Source: Anthoceros angustus (lineage: Eukaryota; Plantae; Anthocerotophyta). Taken from it: 64,000 nucleotides of DNA. A program made the translations under genes and the position numbers. The notes below the pieces were generated by a model. The model was not told the origin of the DNA. It made no database searches and worked only from the letters and a program-made list of their open reading frames with translations. Below are positions 10,251-20,900 of this stretch, piece after piece. The DNA lies in the NCBI GenBank assembly GCA_010909165.1, contig MU008165.1, positions 992,001-1,056,000 of the forward strand. Reading direction: 5' to 3'. Numbering within the stretch: position 1 is the first letter of the stretch; the number at the start of each line of letters is the position of its first letter.

Positions 10251-12654
10251 GCTTGTGTCCAACTCCTGGCCTCCCTTCCCGCCAGCTATCAAGCATTTGT
10301 GTCCTCTTAGAATGGCACTGTTCGAGAGGCTCATCAGGCGGTGAAGGCTAGCCGCACACCCAACATTTCCATCTCCAAAATTTCTGGCGCACTCCTACAA
10401 GAGGAGGCTTCTAGATTCAACGCCGGCACTTTGAAGCATGGTGGTGAAAGGGTTATGTTCATTAGCATAGGCCGTCAACATCAACAGCCTCAGCAGCGAC
10501 GTCGTCCTCCTCCACCTGATAGACGGCCCTTCACTACGCCTTCTTCGGCTCCTTCTCGCGGCCCTTCATTCTCCAAGCTCGGTGGTTCCAAGCTGCATTG
10601 CAATCTGCGATTCTGTGCCATTGGGAGCCCGACCGCAAGAAGAAAGCTGGCGAGCCTCGACGTCCTTCCAAGTCTGCCAATATGGCCTCGACCTCCAAGC
10701 ACAAGAAGTCCGATATTGCCCTCACAGTCTGCTTGGTTGCTTTCGAATACAAGACCTCTTGGCTATTGGACTACTTCACATATTTGCCGCCATCACCATA
10801 TGTTTTCTCGATTATCTCCAAGATCAACGTTTTGTTCTTCTCGATGACTCGACCTTACTATGGCACTGCATCATACTTTTACTCTTGAAGATGGTTCATC
10901 CTTCTTTTAAGTGATGTGCTGCATGTTCCGCAAATGGCGAAGAACCTTATCTCCGTCCGACACTTGGTGAAGGATAGTACTTTCAGGCTAGAGTTCAGCA
11001 GAGGCGATTGCCTCCTCACAAGATCTGTTGCTCCTAGTCGTGTGGTTGCTAGAGGTCATCCGCGACATGACCTCTATGTCTTCTCTGCCGCACCGGTGAT
11101 CATGGCTTCCTCGACCCCAACTCCTGCCATGGCAACTGCGGTCGACAGAGGGAGTTCTCGCAAAGGTGACTCCCTATTATGGCATTCTCGGCTTGGACAT
11201 ATTAATCATGATAAGCTCTTAGAGATGTCTAGGCAGGATTTATTTAGGGATAAGCTACCCCACTTTTCACAGACTCCACCGTTATGTGAACCTTGTATAT
11301 ATGCTAAACAACGTAGCTTCCCCTATCCTACTCTACACCCGTCGAGACTACTCGATGGAGTTGGTCCATGTTGATCTTTGTGGTCCTCCCGGTCCCTTGG
11401 CGGCTTGCACTTTATGACTATTGTTGATGACTATAGTCGCTATACCTTTGCTATTCGCTCAAGTTGAAGAGTGATTCCTTGACTCCTTTACTCCTTTTGT
11501 CACTATGGGTGTGCAAACCGGTTGCAAGCTTGATTGCATTAGATCGACAATGCGGAGAATTAAATAACCGGCAATTTAAGGACTTCTGTCTTGAGAGGGG
11601 GATTATCCGTCAGTTTACGGTTCCCTATAATTCTCAGCAGAATGGTGTTGCTGAAAAGGCCAACGGCGATCTGCTCCGTATCTGCGCAACAGGGTTCTTT
11701 CCAAGTCAGCTCCCGGCCGAACTCCCTTTGAGTCTTGGCATGGATATAAGCCTTTTATTACTCATCTTCGGATTTTTGGCTGCCCCGCCTATGCTAATAT
11801 TCCCTCTCAGCTTCGCGACAAGCTTTCTGCTCATCCTCACAAGCTAGTATTTGTTGGCTATGGCGAGGACCGCAAGGCTTATAAATCGGTTGACTTGGCT
11901 ACCCATGCTATTGTATATGGCACTGTCACTTTTGATGAGGCTCGGTTAGCATCTGCGTTCGAGTCCATGGATTACCTTGGCTCCTTCTACCACCGGTGAC
12001 CTTATGCGAGTTTTGACTCATCTGTTTTCACGGACTACGGTCACGCACTTTGCTCCATCACAGCCTCTTCACCTCAAGCGGCACCTATACCTATTGTTCA
12101 CCTCGAGAGGAGGAAGATGAACAGGCCATTGTTGATCCTTATGAAAACAGAGAAGACTTTGGTACTCTTAATCCACAAGACCCAGAGACTGTTCCTGCTC
12201 CACCTTCTCATGCAATACATCCAGCCCCTGAGCGAAGATATTCTTCGCGTCATTGTCAACCGAGACACCTCTAGAATGAGCTCCCCTTTGATTTAGAGTT
12301 CAATCAAGCTGGCTACACCACCACTGCTGTGGGTTATTTCAACGCCTTCAGTGTTGCCCCTTCAGAGGGAGATCCTCTCACTCTGCAAGAGGCATATTCG
12401 CGACTTGATGCAGCTAAGTGGAAGCTCGCTATTGATGATGAATATAATTCTCTTATCAAAAACAATACTTGGACTCTAGTAAACTTGCCGAAGGTAGAAC
12501 TACTGTCAAATGCAAGTGGGTTCTCAAAACTAAATTCCAGGAGGTTGAACCTCGTATTCGCTATAAAGGCGAGACTAGTGGCTAAGGGTTATAGTCGGAA
12601 GAGAGTGGACTATCGAGGCGATAAGGTTTATTCACTGTAGTCAAGGCTTGAGTG

Positions 12655-13650
12655 AGAATGCTCCACGGCTTTATGTGCCGAGCTTAATCGGAAATTTATC
12701 GACTTGATGTTTGTCTTGCTTTCCTTTATGGTCATCCGCAAGAAGAGATCTATATGGATCAACGAGAAGACTATGAAGATGAGCAATACCCAAACAAGGT
12801 GTGTAAACTTATTCGTTCTATTTACGGACTAAAGCAAAGCCCGTTTATGGTATGAGAGAATGGACTCTTACCTCAAGAAGATAGGTTTATCCAAAGTGAA
12901 GCGGACACCAATATCTATGTACTCCATGAGACAACTCCCTTGTGCTGGTTGCACTATATGTTGATGACTTAGTTATTCACAGCAACAATATTGAACTAGT
13001 TAACAAGATTAAAGTGACCTTAGTAAAGAATTCGAGATGAAGGATCTCGGCAAAGTTAAATATATTCTTGGAATGCATGTACATAGAGATACCATCGGTG
13101 CTATCTATCTCCATCAAGGAAGATATGTATGGTATGTTAAAACACTTCAATTTGGAGAATGCTCGGCTTTATGTGCTTCTTAATGAAATTTATCGATGTT
13201 TGTCTTGCTTTCCTTTATGGTCATGCAGAAGAGATCTATATGGATCAACCAGAAGACTATGAAGATGAGCGATACCCAAACAAGGTGTGTAAACTTATTC
13301 GTTCTATTTACGGACTAAAGCAAAGCCCGTTTATGGTATGAGAGAATGGACTCTTACCTCAAGAAGATAGGTTTATCCAAAGTGAAGCGGACACCAATAT
13401 CTATGTACTCCATGAGACAGCTCCCTTGTCTTGGTTGCACTATATGTTGATGACTTAGTTATTCACAGCAACAATATTGAACTAGTTAACAAGATTAAAG
13501 TGACCTTAGTAAAGAATTCGAGATGAAGGATCTCGGCAAAGTTAAATATATTCTTGGAATGCATGTACATAGAGATACCACTGGTGCTATCTATCTCCAT
13601 CAAGGAAGATATGTATGGTATGTTAAAACACTTCAATTTGGAGAATGCGT
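12655..13650 (+). repeat. ~500-bp tandem duplication within RT of element 2
   Basis: The segment from GAGAATGCT..CGGCTTTATGTG through AAAACACTTCAATTTGGAGAATGC occurs twice; GAGAATGC microhomology at the junction. Confidence 0.92.
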
Positions 13651-14080
13651 CGGTACACAGCCGTGGGTGTTAAGCTTTCATCTACTACATCCCGTAATCG
13701 AGCAGGAAAGAAGAGATGGAAAATATTCCTTATCGTATGGGAGTTGGTACTCTCATGTTCTTGAGTAATCAAACCCGGACGATATCTCAAATCGCCGTCT
13801 GTGCTCGTTCTCGGAGAATCGGAAAGGATCACTAGGTTGCTCTCAAGCGCATCATGCGGTACCTCAAGGGTACTCCAAACTATGGCCTCTGCTTCAAGCC
13901 TAGTGTGGAGTGCCAAATCCGATGTCCGTACTCCTGGCGACTTGTTTTAGTCTTGTCTCGTTTTTTTTCGGGTCATTACTGTTAAGAGGGATAGGGAGGA
14001 GTTAGCCAATAAGGTCAATTTGGCCAGATTGCACTTAGTGTGCAATCCCTAGACCCTAGGTCCGTCTGGGCGGGGTCCAA

Positions 14081-14490
14081 CGGAGTGGTCCGGCCGAGCG
14101 GCGTTCGACGGAGTAAGTCCGGCCGAGCGGCGTTCGACGGAGTAAGTCCGGCCGAGCGGCGTTCGACGGAGTAAGTCCGGCCGAGCGGCGTTCGACGGAG
14201 TAAGTCCGGCCGGGCGGCGTTCGACGGAGTAAGTCCGGCGGCGTTCGGCAGTAAGTCCGGCCGAGCGGCGTTCGACGGAAGTCCGGCCGGCGGCGTCGAC
14301 GGAGTAAGTCCGCCGAGCGGCGTTCGACGGAAAGTCCGGCGGCGGCGTTCGGAGTAAGTCCGGCAGCGGCGTTCGGAGTAAGTCCGGCGGCGGCGTTCGA
14401 CGGAGTAAGTCGGCCGGCGGCGTTCGACGGAAAGTCCGGCCGGCGGCTTAGTCCGGATGTGGTCCGGCCGGGCGGGTTAGTCCGGATGGC
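14081..14490 (+). repeat. 29-bp GC-rich tandem array inside the solo LTR
   Basis: Unit GTCCGGCCGAGCGGCGTTCGACGGAGTAA, roughly 13-14 copies degenerating toward the 3' side; one isolated copy near 15424-15462. Confidence 0.95.
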
Positions 14491-14884
14491 ATGGTCTGGA
14501 ACGGATCTGCTGCTTGGCGGGGAAGCAGCTGGTGGACGAAGTCCGGTGGAATGATGAGCTACGTCTTGGCGGCTATCACGACCCAGGGTTAGGGTACATA
14601 CATAGGCGGGTTAGATTAGGGTGTGGGAAGTATAAGGAGGCCTAGGCGCCCTAGACCGGGGAGACTATCCCGGGTACCATCTTCGCGCTCCGTGTGCTCT
14701 TGCCTTCCGTGCTCGAGGGGCGGAGTGAGTTCCTGCATCACCGTGCAGGATTAATTGGTGGTAGAGGGATGGGGTTAGAGCTCTGGTGACGAGCTCCGCC
14801 CACACGCTTGATGGGTGCAGACCGGGGTCGGACTCGAGCTCAGGAGGGGCTCGCGGGTGACTTCTCGGGTGCGAGACTAACCTT

Positions 14885-15290
14885 GGAGGCCTTTGGAATG
14901 GAGGCTGGGGTTGCAGTGCAAGCCACTTCTCCGCAGGCGTGAAGCGGTAGGAGGGATTAGGGCGCTTGGGGTGACATGTCTGAAGCCATCCACGGAGGCC
15001 TTTGGAATGGAGGCTGGGGTTGCAGGCGTGAAGCCACTTCTCCGCAGGCGTGAAGCGGTAGAGGGATTACGAGGCGCTTGGGGTGACTGGCGGAAGCCAT
15101 CCACAGGCTCTCTTGGAGCAGGCATGGGGTTGCGGTGTGAGCCACTTCTCCACGAGCGTGAAGCGGTAGGAGGGATTAGGAGGCGCTTGGGGGTGACCTG
15201 CTGGGCGGAAGCCATCCCTGGAGGCTACTAAAACGGAGGCTGTGGGGTTGCAGGCTGCGAAGCTACTTCTCCGCGGAACGTGAAGCAGCC
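14885..15290 (+). repeat. ~110-bp tandem repeat (about 3.5 copies) inside the solo LTR
   Basis: GGAGGCCTTTGGAATGGAGGCTGGGGTTGCAG...AAGCCACTTCTCCGCAGGCGTGAAGCGGTAG...AAGCCATCCAC is repeated. Confidence 0.9.
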
Positions 15291-16444
15291 GGAACGGGCA
15301 AAGGCGGCATGGTGTGAACACATCGGCGTGTTGGTGTTGTGACTACTAGCTGGGAATGGACAAGGGAGGAGGGTCGCGTTGCGGCGTGTGTGTTGAGGTG
15401 GAGTTGTGGCCGGACAGAGTTGAGGAGCGGCGCTCGACGGAGTAAGTCCGGCCGGCGGCGTCGCTAAACTTGTTCCGGTGGTACTGGAGAAAACTCGGCG
15501 GGGTTTGTGGGAAGATCCGGTGGCTGCGCGTCTAGTCCGACGAGTTGTGCAGGGGCACACCCTGAGGGTTGTGGAGCCACCGGACCCAACATGATGAAGT
15601 CCGTTCAGGCGATAGGTTGTAGAGCTCAGGCAGAATAAGCACGAGTCCATTCCCTGTGGAACGAACCCCTTACTACAACGACACGGGACCGTGCGCGCCC
15701 GGCTGGCCTTCAGCGAAAGTTGCGCCACACCTAGCGGAAAGAAGCATCTGCAACTGACGTGCTTTGTCGATGCAGATTGGGCTTCAGACGCTGACACCCG
15801 AAAAAGTATCTCAGCATATTGCTTTCTTGCTGGCTCCACTGTTGTCAATTGGTCTTGTAGAAAACAAGCTGCAATATCACTTTCGTTAACAGAATCGAGT
15901 ACAAATCACTCCAAACGAAAGAGGCTGAATGGGAAAGAAAGCTATGTGAAGATTTGGATATGAAGCAGGAAGGGCCAACAGTGCTTAATTGTGACAATAT
16001 GTCAGCCATTGCTCTTGTCGCTAATCCGGTCTTTCATACGCGCACGAAGCATATTGAGTTTTAACACCATTATATTCGTGACGCTGCTGAGAGAGAAATT
16101 GTTAAGGTACAGTATGTACCCACAGACGACAATACAGCAGATATACTGACAAAATCCTTGCCGAAGTTCAAACACTGCTTCCACAGAGAAGGGCTTGGAT
16201 TGGTTGACTGTAGCAGCTTTTTGCAGCTGGACCAATCACACATTTGGTGAGGCGCATCTTATCTCAGAACGTTCAGTTATTTGAAGTTGACAGCTATTGT
16301 AGACTGCTTGCTTTAATCTTACTTGCGACCGGTGACGATCGGTGAGTTGAGTTTAGTTGAAGACCGTAGTACTTATACAATACTCCAGCGGCAAATGATT
16401 ATTAGTTCTTTGATTTAGATAACCCAACTAGTCTGAGAGGGAGA

Positions 16445-16737
16445 GTTAGAAGTACAGACCGCATTGGTTATGGTTAGCTTAGCTTAACCTAGCGTGGTCA
16501 TAGCCTTTGGTATCTAGTACCGAAGAGGTACAACTCTTCAGACATTGGTTATGGTTAGCTTAGCTTAACCTAGCGTGGTCATAGCCTTTGGTATCTAGTA
16601 CCGAAGAGGTACAACTCTTCAGACACAGGCTATAAAAGCCCACCTCTTGTAATCAATTGTATCAATTAGTAAAGCACTAAACTTTGATTAAACGCTTCCA
16701 CAAAGCACCTCAAACTATATCTCCGGGATGAACTTCA
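16445..16737 (+). repeat. Probable 3' LTR of element 2, with an internal 81-bp tandem duplication
   Basis: Follows PPT TGAGAGGGAGAG; 16462-16542 is repeated exactly at 16543-16623; TATA-like CTATAAAAG near 16630; ends ACTTCA. There is no partner LTR to confirm the ends. Confidence 0.7.
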
Positions 16738-17990
16738 GATTGCAAAGTGGGATGGAGTGACAATGAGCATGAACTGGAAGTTTAATTTATACAAGGTGCT
16801 TGGGCTGATAGAGGATGACGAAGGTCGGGAAGATGAGCAATATAAGCAAAACAAAGTGGACAACCGGACACATATACTACGCATAGCAAAACTGGAGGGA
16901 AAGGTATGGGAAAACGTGGACAATATCTTCACCAAGTAAGGCCGTTAGGGCCGCACACCCCTTCACGAGGAGTCACACCTTTTCATCATCAAATATGACA
17001 ACGTATAAGGCTCACCGGCAGCCTTCTCTTGGATAACAATTCTTCCTTCTCCTCCATCCCTCACATGAGATTGATCCTGATTTCCTATAGATCATGGCTT
17101 GCCTCGCTAGTGAGGGTTTGCTCGCTCCTGGAAGGGGGCTCGCCTCGCCAACGACCATGAGGTGCTTAGAGGAGGAGGGGCCTCGCCTCGCTAGCAGCCA
17201 ATCGACCGCGATCAGAACATAGGCTTGATAGGCTAATCAGATCTGATCCAACCTTGAGCCTACCAGCTGCCCCATGGCTGAGAAAGAGGAGTGGGCAGTG
17301 TTTGCTATGGTACTCCAAGTTTCACTCCGAACCATAAAAGACATGCCTAAACATTCATAAAAACTCATTTTGCATGGAAAGCATATACGATACAATTTCT
17401 CAAAAGAAAAGAAAAAGGGTCTACACTCTCTACCCATTTGGTACACCAAATTCCATATCCATATTGCAAATCTGATTCAAGCACATACCAACTTGACTAT
17501 ATGTAATATAGTTAAGTCTCCTTTTCATCTTGACCCTCGGCATGTCCACTTTTAGATGGGCTTCTTCCCATTGTTTATATCCTAAATAAAATACACTACT
17601 TGACTGTATGTAATATTATTGATAATAAATCATAATAAAAATATTGAAGACTAAATTTTGACTTTATTAATAATAATTTAAATATATAATATTATATAAG
17701 AAATAACTTTATATAGTAAAAATATAGTAAAATACTGCACGTCTTTGGTAATTTTCTCGGTAAATATTACCTTACCTAGTTGCAGTTCCGTTGTAAGGGC
17801 TCTATATATGCATGTGAATCCATGGAATGATATTCAAATATACTTGCGCACTCGGACGAGTCGACCTAGACACCGAAACCAAAACTTGAGTAAGGCTGAC
17901 CGTGGACAAGTCGGCGCTAGCTGCAAGTCCCGGGTGGCTGTGACCACCATGTTTATGCAGCTGCAGTGATAATTTCGGGGCAATCATTCG

Positions 17991-20900
17991 ATGGCTACCC
18001 CGCTGGGCGCGCAGTTGCAAGTTTTGGCCCCTATCCATGGCCAGCCAACCAAGCAACGGCCCGGGACCCGTCCCTCGCTGTTTTTCGATCCTGTTCAGGC
18101 TGCTGACACTGACTTACAGACAATCTTCTCCATTGCTCTTGAAGGTGAGAGCTCTCGGTTTTGAATTATTGCAGTTTGATTCGCAACGGCCCTTTCTCAC
18201 ACCCATTTTGTGGCGCAGCTCTGGAGAAATTGACAGAATATGACGGCCAGTTTGGGAGCTATCGAAAGACTCTGTTCAGTCCTCAAAGTTGTCATACTGA
18301 CAGAGAAGTGCAGGCAAGGGAGTTCAATTTGAAGCTGGACAAGTCCATATCAGAGTATCTCCGATTGCTGTCGGGCTATTTGATGCTCGATCCAGCTCCG
18401 CGGACTTTGGAATATCTTATCAGGCGCTACAAGTCTGTACCGTCTCTAACCTGAATTGTGTGTCCAGTGGTCCTTTTTTTAATTTTGCTGTCTGGTTTCT
18501 GCTTCTGTACTTGCTGGCTTGCTGTGGGACTAAGACCATTATTTGGGACTTTCGTCAGTGTCCACGTTCGCAATGTGGATCAAGTAATGACTTGCATTCT
18601 CCCCTACCACGAGACACGTCTTTTTGTGGAAACCGTCAAGCTGTTGAAGATTCAGTAAGTCTTCAGGTTGCAGTTTTGGAGAAGAGACTTTGGGAATTGC
18701 ACAAATATTTTCTGATGGTTTCATGAATTTTCGGCGCATGCTTGCTGCTTGCAACTTTACAGGGGCAGTATGTGGAGTTTTTTAGCAGGGGTGCAGAGTA
18801 GTGGAGCACCTCCTCCTCGGCAAGCCCTTGTGGAGCGGTGCTCAAAGGACCTGGCTTTATTGGATGCAATTGTTGACGTGGTATGCTGCACGCCTCTTCT
18901 GACTTCCCTGTGCAGCTGGGAGGACGTGATTTGGATGCCTCTGATCATATGTAGTTACGTTCTTGCTGGCGCATCTGCAGGCTATTCTTGAGTCTCAATC
19001 AGCAAAGTCCCGGAATTTGATCACCTTCAGTACTGTCTTCATCACTGAAGTCTTGGCGGCAGTGCCCATCATAACTTCGGAATTGGTTAATCGAATTGTG
19101 CAACTTCTCTTGCACAGCTTCAAAGTGGGTGTTCACGAGGACTTCCAGGTCTGTTCATGATGCTTTGCCATGGAATTTGGCTCTTACCGTTATGACTTGT
19201 CGAGACCTTGGATGTCAGCTACAAAAGCAGCGGTGAAAGTTTGATCTCTAAGGTCATATAATTGCCCTGCAGGTTGGAGCACTGATGATAATCTGTACCC
19301 TAGCCAGCAAATCCAGTTTGTCACCAGATCTGGTCGCTACCTTTTTCGAGTTGATTGCGAAAAGGATACAGAAAAAGGAGGACGTGGGCAGCTCTCTGCT
19401 TCAGCTTTCCATCAGGGTGTTAGTTGTATTCACTCAGGTTACGTCCTCCTTGAATTCTTTTTTTGTGTCTGTCTGTCTGGAACTAAGGTATGAGCCCTCT
19501 AAGTGGTGGTGATTTCTGACAGTTCAACTCATGTACAGCTTTGTTCATTTCTTTGTTCCATTTCAGATTCTTGACCTGAGAGTGCTCCTTCTTGCAGACA
19601 CAAGCTATGAAGCAGCTACCCATCAAAGCTTTCAAGTTTCTTGTCAAAGTGGGGTACGCACCACTATTACTTTTCTCACTCACTGGCAGAGAAATTGAAA
19701 AACGTTTGAGTCATTTCATTCCTGTGTGTTCGCAATGGATAGTTTATTCTCACTTTGGATCATGGTGTGTTGTCTTCAGAGGTTTGCCAGCTATTCTGGT
19801 TGAACTTGGACAGAAGTTCGAAATTAGAACATTCAAAACTTTATTTCTCAACGCTTTAGTGGACCATTGGTGAGGGCCGTTCTGAGATTCGGAATGATCT
19901 TTACTGGTTTTGTGTATGGGAATTTGGCTGTTCTATATTTGCCTTGGCACTGGGTTGACATTGTGTATGCACGTTTTGTCTAAAGCATAGCACATGAACA
20001 TTACGAAACTTCGCTCTTGGAAGTTATCAAAGCGGTTCCTATTGAAGATGAAATTGTCCCACTAGTATCACAGCTTGTAGACCGGGTTTTCGAGGAGCAG
20101 GCAATGGTCAATTTTGAAGCTGCTGAAGTCCTGGGAGCTGGTCCAACGAAAGCAAGTTTGTTTTCATTTCTTAACTCCATCTGTTTTATTTCCATAGTAC
20201 TGGAAGATTTTAATCTGATCCAGGATGTATACACAGTGCAGCAAGGCTTGCATCAAGAAACTGTCGAATACTTTGCATAATGAAATGTGTGGATTGTCCT
20301 ATTTGTTGCTGCAGGGAGTGTGGTCACAAGACTGCTCAGGACTATTGAGCATCAATATCCCAAGCAGATGGATATAGCTGTTAGCACAATACTACAACAG
20401 TATGCAGAAAAGGTCAGTAACTAGTTTACCACCGTTTTGTTTCTCTCTGTTGAAGTTTGCTACTGACAGTATGCTTGTCTCAGAAGGGGGATACATCTTC
20501 AGTTTTTGACTTTCTGCGGGAAGTTCTCCATGGAAGTTTGCACGTTCCATTAGCAGAGACGCAAACAAGTTTGCTGCTTTCCCTTGATCATCCTAATGTG
20601 AGTTTTTGTTTGAGTGTTAGAATAATTATAGATGTTTGCCGTTCGAAAAGCTTTTATGGAATTTTTTGGTTCACAGGCACGGGTACGACAGGCTGCGGTG
20701 GAAAACCTGTCAGAAGTAGTCCCAAAAATTGCAGAGTCTGAGGACATAGAGGTAACTGCATTCTTGTTCTTGTTTTGCTTGTTTCTGTATTCTGCATAGT
20801 TAGGTGTTGATGAGCATTGGCTCTCAGACCAGACAGAACTGGCTGCAGTACTTCGTGATGAGTGAGGAATCTTCAAGGACAAATTTGCCTTTTTCAGCAA

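Larger units (their letters stand above)
13904..15729. mobile_element. Solo LTR (1826 bp) nested in element 2
   Basis: Begins TGTGG and ends CCACA, flanked by TSD CCTAG (13899-13903 and 15730-15734). Removal restores the frame GLCFKPS|GKKHLQLTCFVDADW. No coding domains inside. Confidence 0.9.
10250..16737 (+). mobile_element. 5'-truncated Ty1/copia retrotransposon (element 2), decayed and interrupted by a solo LTR
   Basis: Motifs: LLASLPASYQAFVSS (gag), VLHVPQMAKNLISV, LWHSRLGHIN..LCEPCIYAKQ, VHVDLCGP, FTVPYNSQQNGVAEK, KWKLAIDDEYNSLIKNNTWTLV, LYVDDLVI, FVDADWASDADTRKSIS, CDNMSAIAL..NPVFHTRTKHI. A PPT and 3' LTR are present; no 5' LTR or PBS is visible. The left boundary is approximate. Confidence 0.92.

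Noticed and set aside
14081-14490. 29-bp repeats resembling a CRISPR array
   Set aside because: Units are head-to-tail with no unique spacers, there are no cas genes, and the array lies inside a eukaryotic LTR.
14837-14856. GAGCTCAGGAGGGGCTCGC, partly like miR390
   Set aside because: The 3' half diverges, no star arm or hairpin is evident, and it sits within an LTR.
16738-17560. Short ORFs and CCTCGCCTCGC repeats between element 2 and UTP10
   Set aside because: Probably degraded repeat debris; no diagnostic motif found.
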